Assembly (NCBI RefSeq): GCF_022045235.1
Contig: NW_027266286.1
Coordinates: 44,144,001-44,208,000, forward strand
From: Haliotis cracherodii
Taxonomy: Eukaryota
DNA: 64,000 bases
Direction of reading: 5' to 3'
The number at the start of each line of letters is the position of its first letter. The stretch's first letter is position 1. Positions 48,991 to 60,244 of this stretch are shown here, piece by piece. The notes below the pieces were generated by a model that was given only the letters and a program-made list of their open reading frames with translations, was not told the DNA's origin and made no database searches. A program made the translations under genes and the position numbers.

Positions 48991-50752
48991 CTACTTCACA
49001 TGATTTCCACGGTTTAGTGAGGTGTTAGATTCAGGTTCAACTTACTTAGGGTTGTGTGTCGTTATCCAGCATGAACTGCGACATGTTACAATTGTATTGG
49101 TTCCGTGGAAAGCAAATTCCATACATGTCATGGTCATTGCTGTGCAAAGATATCCAAGGCAACATAATTCGCCTGTACATTGTTTTCCTCACGCGTGTCC
49201 TGATCTTATTATCGTTGGTTGGAATCCCAGATTCGACCTGATTTAATTAGAACAATGGTTTGTCATCACGATAAACATGCCAGTGGGTTCACCAAAGTGG
49301 TAAACGTCTTTGTGGACTCTAGTTGCTGCTCGGAAAGTTTTGATCAGTTTCATGTTATAGGTGCATGTTACAGTACGTTTTCATTTATAATTCAAATCAA
49401 ATCAGACAATGTTATACAAATATTCAGAATAAAATGTTTTGAACATTTTGTAGAAGCTTTGACCAACGAACAAATGCCGTCATCTATTGTGAATCATCTC
49501 AAATCCACTGTACATGGCCTGCAATAATTCACGACATAAGAAACCTGTCCAAATTCTGTAAAATCACCGCGCCATTGTTTAAACCTATCAAGTAACTCTC
49601 CCTCTTTCTGAATTGCACATATATTGCTACCATAGTAAATCTGTATAAATATGCATGCATGCTCGGCTAAGATGTTTTTGTATATATTCTTTATTTATAT
49701 GTATATGTATCATGGTGTTGAAATAATTTTGTACCTCTGATGCCGCTGATAGCGGCCTGAGCGTGAATAAAGTTCAGTTCAGATTGTGCAAGGTTATCGC
49801 TATGCTTTTTACAAGCTGTTCCCAGCGCCGACTTGGCACCTTAAAAGGGCTTAATTTGCCCACATGTTTTGTTCTCAGCAGTGATCGGGTTATGAAAGCA
49901 AACTGACAGCTATGAAGAATATCCTGAAGTTGTTTTGGCTTATGTTTTCCTATAATCAGATATGCATGGGTAAGTTTCGATACCTTCAATTCTAAATATT
50001 GTACCTACAACTGTAATTGTACATTCAGCCATGAGTGTGAAAAATTCTCGATTGTTAGTGGTCATCAGGTCCAAATCACACTAACAACCTCTGTTTGAAA
50101 CAAATAATTTAAAGGCTGCATCAGCTCACAAGTTTTCTCACCAAGTGTCGGCAGACATATTGAAATAATGCTATGTACGATCATATGTGACGACACTGGC
50201 CAGGAAACACGACATAAATCTAGGACTATGAGTGTCCAAGGTTTAGTAACAATGGAGCGCTGGAAATTTTACGTATTTCTGTATCCGACCATGACGTCAT
50301 ATTTTCAGGGTCACAATGAGCGACGTGAAATCGTAACAAAGACGTGCTGTGCAGAGCTTAACTTTGAAAGGCTTGCGGGTGCCCATTTATGTTGTCTACA
50401 AAGTAGTAATTTTAACTCTTTCAATGCCTGTCATGTATGGGGATAAAGTACACTGATATCAAGAAAGGTATCAAGATGTGTAGGCACATACAGCGCCTTT
50501 TGCGTTGAAAGACTATCATCGGCGTTTCCTAGAATCAGATCAACAGCCCACACAGTAGCTACGTGTACTGTGCCAAATTCAATTTTACGCAGTTACATGT
50601 AAATCTACTTGTAACCTAGCTCAACATTTGAAGCCACAGTGTGTTTATCTCCAAAATGTGTCTTCACATGTGTTATAAAATCGAGACAAGTAAGCGACTA
50701 CGAATGACGTTTTAGTCAACGAAAACGTAATTTCACTTATGATGTATTGCAG

Positions 50753-51717
50753 CTTTCACAGATACAAAAGGAAGAACATTTTCTCTAGCATTTTTTCCTG
50801 AATACACACATGCTCCAACAAGTGCTCTTCGAAACATTCTTTATTTCTCATCCGCCCTTGACCGTGGTTGTACTGTGAGCTACAATGACGGGACAAGACA
50901 TGAGACTAATGTGCATATTATCGCGGGCGATGTGGTAAAGCTGGCTTTACCTGACACAACACAGCTCCTAACTGGAACAAGAGTTGAACATAAGGCCATT
51001 TTTGTCAACTGTTCCACCAAAATAGCTCTTTATGGCCACAATAAATACGTTTTTGGGACAGACACCTCAGACGCATTCACTGTTTTGACAGAGGAAATGT
51101 TGTCAACGGATTATCTCGTTGCAAGTGTCGAGAAAACTGCAAACCTTGGCGTTGTGGCCACGCGAGACAATACTGCTATTTCAGTGACCCTAAATGCAAT
51201 ATGTGATTATGTATTCAACAGTGTACAATACGGAGATGGAGATACAGTCAGTGTTACACTTGGTAATGGTGACGTATTTCAGTTAGGTTTAGCATCTGAT
51301 TCTCGAGCTGATAAATGTGATTTAGGAGGAACCCGAATCCATTCTAATCATCAAGTCGCAGTGTTTTCTGGGGCTCTGTATGTCCGGAAACCTGACCTTG
51401 CTGGCGGTCACATGGTCAGTCAGGTTCCTCGAGAGTATGCATTTACGACAACAGTAATTGCACCTAAAGTCGAAACTGATTCACCAGGAGGAATGACGTT
51501 GCGTGTCTTGGCACGTGAGAACAATACAGTTGTGACTGTAACAAGGGAAGAAGCAAATGGAACGATAGTGACTTCGTCCACATCACTGAATACAGTTGAG
51601 TTTGAAGACATCAATTCCGATTTAAGCGCTGACGTCATTATACAGAGCAATCGGCTGATAATGTGTATCAATCAATTTCAATGCTGTTGTACACCTACCA
51701 TGTCACGCTTCTTGTGA
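50753..51717 (+). CDS. IgGFc-binding protein N-terminal (IgGFc_binding) domain exon; apparently truncated, possibly a pseudogene
   Basis: The acceptor TTGCAG ends at 50752. An open frame follows: DTKGRTFSLAF...KAIFVNCSTKIALYGHN...SDAFTVL...LSTDYLVAS...VVATRDNTAISV...DLGGTRIHSNHQVAVFSG...HMVSQVP, which are the typical FCGBP N-terminal motifs. It stops at 51717, before the expected end of the domain. Confidence 0.7.
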
Positions 51718-51782
51718 TATGAATGACGTTGAGAAACCGATTTCGGATTCGTCAAACATTCGGATAGGTCGGACATTTTATT

Positions 51783-51807
51783 GGGAGGGGGGTAGGGGTG
51801 TGTTTGT

Positions 51808-51838
<31 letters not shown>

Positions 51839-51845
51839 GGGGGGG
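51783..51845 (+). repeat. (GT)n plus long G homopolymer
   Basis: GGGAGGGGGGTAGGGG, then a (GT)n tract, then ~24 G. Confidence 0.9.
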
Positions 51846-51919
51846 CAGTTTTTCGAAATTGTTAATTCTCAAGGATGGTAAAAGGTGTCGCACGCAATCG
51901 GTATCCCAACGCATACATC

Positions 51920-52115
51920 TTGTATGCATCTCGCTTTGTCACTCAATAAGAGTGGCTTGTGGCGGGAACCTTCTTTCATCTAGTGAAAGGTGGAAGTACT
52001 ACGACTTCCTGTCTCCTCTCTCCTGTCTCCTAGCTATAGCCATGTCTCGAGAAGCTTCTACTGTCGGAGTTCTTGTTAAGGCCGATATCATTGTCATTGC
52101 TGTTCAAAGATAAAT
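51920..52115 (-). pseudogene. Truncated 5' fragment of a further paralogue of the 59099-60244 gene
   Basis: Minus-strand AGAAGCTTCTCGAGACATGGCT...AGAGGAGACAGGAAGTC...TTCCACCTT...GATGAAAGAAGGTTCCCGCCA matches the SRSFLRHG...RGDRKS.FHL..DERR.PP coding block, with indels. Confidence 0.65.
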
Positions 52116-53255
52116 ATGGTATCAACGTGCGCTGTGCAGAGTTTCCCTATGTTCTATGATCTAATCATCGTTGGTTGGAATCCCACATTCGGCCTGATTC
52201 AGAACAATGGTTTGTCAGCAAGACATACATGCCAGTGGCTTCAGCAAAGTGGTTAACTTCCTTGTGGACACCAGTTGCTGCTCGGAAAGCTTTGATCAGT
52301 AAAATGACAGTAATTGTTTCAAGTTGTCGGAACATGTTTTCTATAACACGTGTGGGAGACTAAGGACCAAGCCCTATCTAAAACGTCAAGCGTTTAGGCG
52401 TCGTATTACAGACATACATATACTTTTTAAGAATTGACTTTCTTTTTTTGTGAGTCTATTGGAGTATGAAACTTCAGAGTGAGGGACAAACTGTATGAAC
52501 GTCGGAGCTTGTTTGGCCCTCACTCTATAAAGGTTCATACTCCAGTGAACTCATTTCTTCGTTTTGTTTACTCGGATCGGTCGTGGAGCGGATATTGTGA
52601 ACGATGATGCAGTCAAACACTCTGACTTTTCTCAATGTACACTATCACGCTGAGTTCAAGGGTCAATTTGACCAGGAACAACGCTTAAGTTTACATTCGT
52701 GCAAGGGAAAACGTCGCATTGTGTCGTTCATACACTTATGAACGTCAGTTTTGGAGTTATTTGACCGACCACTCATCCAATGGAAAAGCCGTATGTCGTG
52801 TTAACTCCAAATTATAAAAAAATATATAACTTATAATAAACAGAAACGCTTGCTCCTTGGAAAACCCTCCATGATAATACGTTAAATATGTCATGTCTTT
52901 TGAAATTACTTCAAAGAGATTCTGACTGGTCAGTCAGAGGTATTAAATCACTATAACCACCTCTTCGCGGAAGCTAATACGTATAGAAAAGTACTCGTTT
53001 CTCATTGCCGGAAGAGGTTTTTAAATACTTACATATACAATTATACAATACAAAATGCAGACCATGTTTTAGACTTTGAAATATGGCGCTAGTCCCTAGC
53101 CGACTGTGATGTAATATGTTAACGTTGTCTTACCAAATGTCTGTGCTGCACTTTCAATGCCTGTTTCATCTACGAGTAAAGTAAAATTATTTTGAACAAA
53201 AAATGTTATGCAACACCAAACATTGTTTAATAGCTATTATCGGTGTTCCCTTAAT

Positions 53256-54450
53256 TCAGTTGGAGAACCCACTTAAAACATTGATCCAACTCCCTGTCGC
53301 TTTGCACAATACCTTAGCTGAATCCAAGGAGAATGGAGATACACATATGGTGATTTTAAAGCGGGGCTGGGTTAAATTAATGATTGAAACATTGAAAACA
53401 CAATTACAGGAGCATCTGGGCTTGAGGCAGACGACCCGATAGATACCATGATTACATACCTCGAAAGCTCCCATCGCAAAGACATAGTTATGTTTTAACT
53501 ACCAGACTCCCTGCCTCCGACTTCTCAAACTGTTTGTCCAATGTGGTCGCAATTGGGTGCTTGGAGACACATTCTATCCCGGGTACGCAGGGGACACGTC
53601 CTTTCATGCAAAGAATTGATTTGCGTTCTTTTTTGTTGAACACCGAAAGACAGTGTTGACATTGTATCGAACTCAACTCAATTCATTCATGTGGTATGGT
53701 CATTGTTTTAATTCTTACATGTACAGGTCCAGTTGGATATGCCGACTGTTTGGTTGTCTTATTTTGCTTTCGTTCCAAGATATACAAAATAACTTTATAA
53801 GTCTGACTTCAACGTTCATCACTTGTCAAAATACAAATTCGTTGTCTCTTTTGATACTTACCCTTTTGATAATAATTAAACATCTAATTATTGATTTGAA
53901 ATGAAGTCGAACTTTTCTAGGATCCCTTCGATTTCGACTAAACAGTGTTAAACTTTAATCAATCTTGTACTGTCATGTCACATTTAATTCGATAGGAATT
54001 ACCTATGATAGTTGATATTTGATAATTGATATTTTTCGAGGATGCACGGAATCGGTATCTCAATGCATCAAAGTTTATTACCCAAGAGGAATGTTGTGTG
54101 TAACATGTCCTATACATTCCGAGTTGTTTTTGTTTCTTATCTAACTTAATTTAGTTTTTTTAGGTAAGTTGTTTTTGTATGATTATGTTTTTCTTGCGTA
54201 CGTCTCGCTTTGTAGCAAACACTACTGTTGGCGGGGGGCCTCCTGTCATCCACTGTAAGGTATAGTATGATGACTTCCTGTCGCCTCTATCCGTGCCAAT
54301 TCTCAAGAAGCTTCTACTGCTTGATCTACTGGCGAGTTCCTGGTTAAGGTCAATGTCTGTAACGACTCCGATCTCCCGCTGTGGTATACATCTTGCACCA
54401 CTTTGTAGTGATTGGGGTAATATTAGAGACATTAACCAGATGTTAAACAG
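53256..54450 (-). pseudogene. Decayed, near full-length paralogue of the 59099-60244 gene
   Basis: SSSRSFLRIGTDRGDRKS...PPPTVVFATKRDVRKKNIIIQKQL* aligns to SRSFLRHGSDRGDRKS...PPPAVFWSDNERDAYRKNKIIQSKL. TQHSSWVINFDALRYRF aligns to KQHSSRVIRCDALRFRL. Weaker nucleotide similarity to the C-terminal part lies at 53260-53380. It has in-frame stops and frameshifts. Confidence 0.75.
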
Positions 54451-54599
54451 CATTTATATCGAGCGTGTGTCGCAGACTATAGTTCCTCGTCGATTGTAAA
54501 CTTTAGTTGATACCGCCAGTCAATACGCCGTGATCGTTGGTTTGAATTCATCACTCGCCCTGGTCATGCCCGTTGGCTTCACCAAAGTAGCAAACTCGC

Positions 54600-55238
54600 A
54601 TCAACAGGGACGTTAACTGGTCTCCTGAGCCGGATTCCAGCCTCGCGAAGATGTTTTTTTTTTTTGGTTATCCTCCTCAAAACAGGGATGCGTCCTGCAG
54701 TCTCCGTAGCTGTGGCATTGCGATGACTTAGGTGGAACAGTCGAATGCAACGATCCTGAGCAGGGGTGGTAACTCGTGGTCGGCCGGTCTGTAGTTGAAT
54801 TGAACTGTGTGTATCGGTCGCAAAGGCGACAAATGGTGCTGTGGTGGACGTTGAAGTGGCGTGCAACAGAAGACTGCAATTCCCCCCCACCCCCCACCCC
54901 ATTAGATACGTCCTAAGGCGATGTTCTCGGCTTTTTCGAACTTGAAAAATGTTGACAATTGAATGACAAATTATTGGCTTATGCTTGCCTTTTTATAGCC
55001 ACTACCACGAGTTACAAATGCCATAATTTGCACGTGCATTTGGTTTACTGTTTTCCTCCAAGTGAACAATGCCGCTTAAGACATTGCAAATCGATAATGG
55101 CTACGTTTTGACGCACCGTTTGTCGACTGTCAGGCCACCAACATTTTCCAGTAACATATATCCAATTTATATACCGGACTTTTTGTGTAGTCAAATGAAC
55201 TATGCACTACCTGTGCGTTTCTTTATTTTTGAAGAGTG
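54600..55238 (-). mobile_element. Truncated Tc1/mariner element (5' TIR plus frameshifted transposase N-terminus)
   Basis: The terminus TA|CACTCTTCAAAAATAAAGAAACGCA is on the minus strand. Peptides QSSVARHFNVHHSTICRL and GRPRVTTPAQDRCIRL...HLREAGIRLRRP match the paired HTH and GRPR linker of Tc1 transposases. Confidence 0.8.
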
Positions 55239-55539
55239 TATAGGTTTGTAAATAATTGAGTCTGGGCCAGGTAATCCAGTAAGTGACATCATGAGCATCG
55301 AGCATAGGTGGTCAAGAATGATGTCATCAAGGTGAACTCTGGTGCGTACAACACAAAGGCCAGTGCAACACCACAACATGACTGGTGACGATGTTTTCGA
55401 GTAGTAGATACCAGTGGCAGATGTGGAGATCTGACAATATTAATCAAGATGCATGATCGCAGGTGGCTGATGGCGTCAGCACACCCTCGTACAACCGGCA
55501 TCGAAGTCCAACATCAATCGGGATTCATCGCTGAACATC

Positions 55540-55900
55540 CCATTTACCATTGGACGTCACCCCCTGATGTTTACATTTCACAACTTGTGGGATACAAACA
55601 AGCATGCTCTTACGATCAAGATGTCAAAGCGCGTCATACGACTCTCGGTCAGAAGTTGTTTGATCAAGGTTACAACATTCATGGCCTCAGCAAAGCTTTC
55701 AAAACGTTTTAGGGTTGATATGAAGAGGACATTTCCAAATTTGAAGCGTCAGTGACAAAAATGATGTCCGATGCAATTCCCTATTTTGACTTGTACCATA
55801 CGTTCCCTTGCTTTGACTTGCCTTTGCATGTGTTTTGGGCGGGTGCCATCGGTGGAGCAGGATACGCCCCCCTTCTCGCGAACACCTGGTGTCATTACTA
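55540..55900 (+). mobile_element. 3' fragment of a Penelope-like (or RTE-X-annotated) retroelement
   Basis: VYISQLVGYKQACSYDQDVKARHTTLGQKLFDQGY resembles the YGVYISQLxRYxRACS...LxxKLxxQGY RT thumb motif. A conserved structured tail follows at 55838-55893. Confidence 0.6.
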
Positions 55901-56606
55901 TTAGAGAGTGATTAATAAAAACATGCTCATGGTATAGTCGGAATCGTTCAATCGACTCAGAGATTTCTATCGAATATGTAGAGGCGTGTGTCCCATTATT
56001 TATTAATTATTTAGGTAATAGCTGTATGAACAACGTTAAGGCCAGTTTACTCTTAAGAAATGTGCCGAATATAGTTAATTTTTCAAATACATAAGATCGG
56101 TAATTGTACAATGTCTCTGAACTAGTGGCTTGTACACCCCTTCAAATCAAGTGTATAATGTACCGATAAGAGAGAGGTCATGCACATGCCTCGAATGTGG
56201 CGCGGGTAGCTTGGCATGCCTCACACGTTGTATTTACCCGAGGAGACACGCATTATGACGTGGAACATTGAGTGCTTGAGAGTGAAAAGTGAGAGTGGTT
56301 GGGAGGATCTACCTTTCGTCTGTTGAGAAGGTGTTGTAATTCTACGGCTCCCGTGTATTGCCCCTTCGTGGGGTTTCCGGGGCACGTGGGGCCCAAGTAT
56401 GCCGTGCATGTCGTAAGTGTCGACTGAAGTTCTTCGGGTGGTCAGACTCGATGACATGACTTTTCTATCATCCTACACGATGGCATTGATATTTGCACAT
56501 GTTTCTAGTGTTAGTTTACCTGCCCTGACATGATTATTTACAGACCGCTGTGGCAAAGTGCAATACTACTGGCTTCAGACAGCATTCACTCATCCTCTAT
56601 TGTCGT

Positions 56607-56962
56607 ATTCCGTGGTCTAGTGGTGGAGCGTCCGCCCGGTGAGCGGAAGGTCCGGGGTTCGATTCCCTGCTGCGTCATACCAAAAGACGTTAAAAGATGG
56701 TACTTGTTGTTATCCTGTCTGGTAGTCGGCATTAAGGGGCTAAAACAAGGACTGGTCGCCTCGGAGTCAGTATACTGTGTCTGAGTGGGGTATTCATGTG
56801 AAACTGCGGTATGGTATCTCAGTGGGCTAACACTGTAAATCGGCATCAGTCCGGACTAGTACAAGCAGCTACATACACACACGTGAATGCACGTCGCTTT
56901 ATAAGTTCAATAATTTTGGAGGCGACGTTAAACCCATTTCACCTGATCACCTCACCTCACCT
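56607..56962 (+). mobile_element. SINE family C copy
   Basis: Full-length family C. Further copies or fragments lie at 2731-3120, 33537-34030, 58375-58556 and 62108-62432. Confidence 0.88.
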
Positions 56963-59098
56963 ATTGTTGTGTTTAGCTATGGCCGCTCTCTAGACTTACA
57001 TCTTAATCAAAAGTAATCTGACAAACGGGTGAACAAGTTGCCTAAAGTGCCGCATTGTGCTGTTCGAAGTTGCGTCCTTTACGCGTGTCAGAATCATTGG
57101 TACGAATCCAAGACTCGACCCTCTAATTTGTCTTGGTTTGGCAACAGCAAAATCAGATGTAAGATGTGCATTCCTTGGGTATTCCTCCTACATGAAGCTG
57201 TCACACTTTGATGAAAATGAAATACTATTGAAAGCAGCGTTAAGCCCACATCTTTCATTCACTATTCTGGATTGAACGATCCCAAACTACAGGCCCTTGT
57301 GTCGTTGCTTAAATATTTCTAGATCAATAAATATCAAGAGTGTCAAAAATGCACACTCCGTACAACACAGCTCGGCTTGTATTGCTGTTTCTAAAGTGAA
57401 ATTGCAAATCCGGCACAAAATCCTTGTCTTGGGTGATTATTCTATCGATTCCAATACATGACTGCTCCGGAGTCTTTATTGGTATGATGGGCGATCGGGT
57501 AGCGTAGTGGCTAAAGCGTCTTGGGTACAATGTGTGAAGCCCATTTCTGTCCCCTGCCGTGATATTGCTGGAATATTGCTAAAAGCGGCGTAAAACCATA
57601 CTCACTCACTTTATGGATATATAATAATATCGACCGAAAGCCGTCGACACGCCACTTTGAAGCCAACTCGGCACACATGGCCGAAATCTGATCCGCGCAG
57701 AAAGGCCCACGTGCAACGAAGCAGTTTTGTTTCCTGTGGTGTAAAGAACGGACATATTGTCTACACCATTGGATATTATTTTATCAATATTGATTTGGAA
57801 AATGCATGTTCTTTCGTGTTTCTACTATCTTGAGGAAAGGCTTTGGTTAATCTTAGCGATGTGTATGGCCAAGCCCTACTTACTTTCTCAATCTCAATGT
57901 ATGTTTGCGAAGGAAAGAAATAAAATATAAACAAACAAAAGTCAACAAAGCACGGATACCCTTTCGGGTGTGAAGTCTTGCGCTTTACTAGACAGGATAT
58001 GCGAGAAGAGGCTATCTATAAGGATATTCTTCACGTCGTATGGTGTTAATATTACCGAGTATACCGTGCACCTTCTTCAAAGTGTAGACAGTCCTTGATA
58101 TATCAATAATTCTCTAAGTGACTTCGTGGAGTGTCCTTGTCCTGATAACGATATTTTATAACACTACGTAATAAATCATTTCAGATTCACGAGAAGGCCA
58201 GGTTTCACTCATAGAGTACAATGGTTCAAATATACAACTAATTTTTGGTAAATATTTGAAAATTGTCCTGTCATGATCAACAGGTCCCATTTAATCTTTT
58301 ATACTTTACAGTCTGAGGGGTAGCAACAAAATCATCTTTGGTTTCCATCCAGCGATCTTAAACTTGGGGGTTAGTGAAGGGGAATGGTCATTAACGTCGC
58401 GTTCAAGATTATTTCACATTGTGCCTGCACGTGTGTGTGTAGCTGATTGTACGAGTTTGATAGTGGCGCCGTTTAACAAGGATGCCCCATTCAGACACTG
58501 TAATTTGATTCCTAGTCAGCCTTAATGCCGAGTGCCAGGCAGGGTAACAACAACTAACGCTAGATGACCAAAACATCGTGCTGAGCTTATCGTCTTTATT
58601 TACTAAATAGCGATCTATAAATCATAAACATCCCAGCTTGGCATTTTTGCTTAGCGTTAACTACCCGCATCAAAGTTGTTCATGCCTGATTAATTCGAGT
58701 ACACGTTTATGGCACTGTATTCGTTACGAAATATAACATCGTAATCACATTTGTTTCGATTAAACAAGCGTTATTACAACTATCCGTTTTGCCCAGCTGC
58801 GTTCTTGTGACGTGTATGCATGCATCCCTCCCAGGGACCTGTGAAGATCCGGGGTAGAATAAGTCTTCAGCAACCCAACTCAATATAATCAATCGGACCA
58901 CAAAGACATATTTTTACTAAAGGTAAGTACCAGTCAAGTATAAACGCACTAAGATCACATCAACAAAGCTCGTTAGACTTGATTTCGACATTTCAATAAC
59001 AACAGAAACATAAATGAAACTTATGATATATCTCATTACCATTGCCATAAGCACAAGCATGTTTTCAACATCAAAGTAAATGCCTGCAATCACATCCC

Positions 59099-60244
59099 TT
59101 ATGATGTAGAAGTAGTTGTTCTTTTGTACTCCACATCATGACATGCCTCGGTCTTTGTTGAAAATCCACATATTGCAAGGTGACGCACATAATCAGACAC
59201 TTTATCCTGGCTGTCTTGGAACCTCAGCTTTTCAGATGTCAAAGCGTTTTTCAAATTACGAGTCGGGTTGTAAAGAGATATCAATTTACTTTCAGCAGGG
59301 ATCACCTTGGAAGGATCGTCCAATGTTGTCCTCGACCTCAGAAAGGAATATTCTGGATTACTCCATCGTACTTTCTTTCCCGAAGCTTTCTTTTTGGATA
59401 AAATGGATGAACTAACACTCTTATGCACGTGCAAATCTTCCTTATTATCCTGTATGGAAGCACCAAAGTCACCATTCAGTACATTGTCAGATACATCTTG
59501 TTTTGAACTGTCTTTTAGTTGGTGAAGTTGTGAACCATTGTCAGCCGCTTTAATCCTATCATCCTGTTCCTTATCAACGTTCAGCTTAGTGTGATACTGT
59601 ACATCCGGAACTCGGACAGGACTCGTCTCTGGCCGTTTATTTCCATTTCTACTCTGTGCCTCTCCGATGTAACGTCTGAGACTGCTATTTCTGTGCAAAG
59701 TGGAATGTGTAGTTTGCCTGGTCGGTGTAAGTTGTACCATCGAGGTTTGTCGTTCGGGTGAGGACGCTACCATGCATGATAGAGTGTCATCCCCAACAGG
59801 TGAACATTTCAGTCCAGTAATATTTCCCACATGTCCCGACTGTATTGACCGATGACGAGACCTCTGCTTGTAGTTTCCCCAAACACCAAATTTCAAGGGT
59901 GTTAAATGAGGAAATCGTGTTGAATGTAACCGGAATCTCAACGCATCACATCTAATCACCCGAGATGAATGCTGTTTATGTAACCGGATGTCATCGAGAT
60001 CAGAATTTAACTTACTCTGTATGATTTTGTTTTTCCTGTATGCATCTCTCTCATTGTCGCTCCAGAACACAGCGGGTGGTGGGAGTCTCCTCTCGTCCAC
60101 CGCAAGGTGGAACTGAGACTTCCTGTCTCCTCTATCCGAGCCATGTCTCAAGAAGCTTCTGCTGCCAAAACTACTTGTAGAGTTCCTGGTCATTGCCAAC
60201 ATCTGTCTCGACTCCGGCCGTCTGCTATGGTATCCATCGTCCAT
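59099..60244 (-). CDS. Uncharacterised single-coding-exon protein, 381 aa, paralogue of 45759-46676
   Basis: A 1146-nt non-repetitive ORF with conserved blocks VFWSDNERDAYRKNKIIQSKLNS and DSQDKVSDYV. Decayed copies lie nearby at 53.2-54.4 kb and 51.9-52.1 kb. Confidence 0.78.
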   Translation of the reverse strand: MDDGYHSRRPESRQMLAMTRNSTSSFGSRSFLRHGSDRGDRKSQFHLAVDERRLPPPAVFWSDNERDAYRKNKIIQSKLNSDLDDIRLHKQHSSRVIRCDALRFRLHSTRFPHLTPLKFGVWGNYKQRSRHRSIQSGHVGNITGLKCSPVGDDTLSCMVASSPERQTSMVQLTPTRQTTHSTLHRNSSLRRYIGEAQSRNGNKRPETSPVRVPDVQYHTKLNVDKEQDDRIKAADNGSQLHQLKDSSKQDVSDNVLNGDFGASIQDNKEDLHVHKSVSSSILSKKKASGKKVRWSNPEYSFLRSRTTLDDPSKVIPAESKLISLYNPTRNLKNALTSEKLRFQDSQDKVSDYVRHLAICGFSTKTEACHDVEYKRTTTSTS

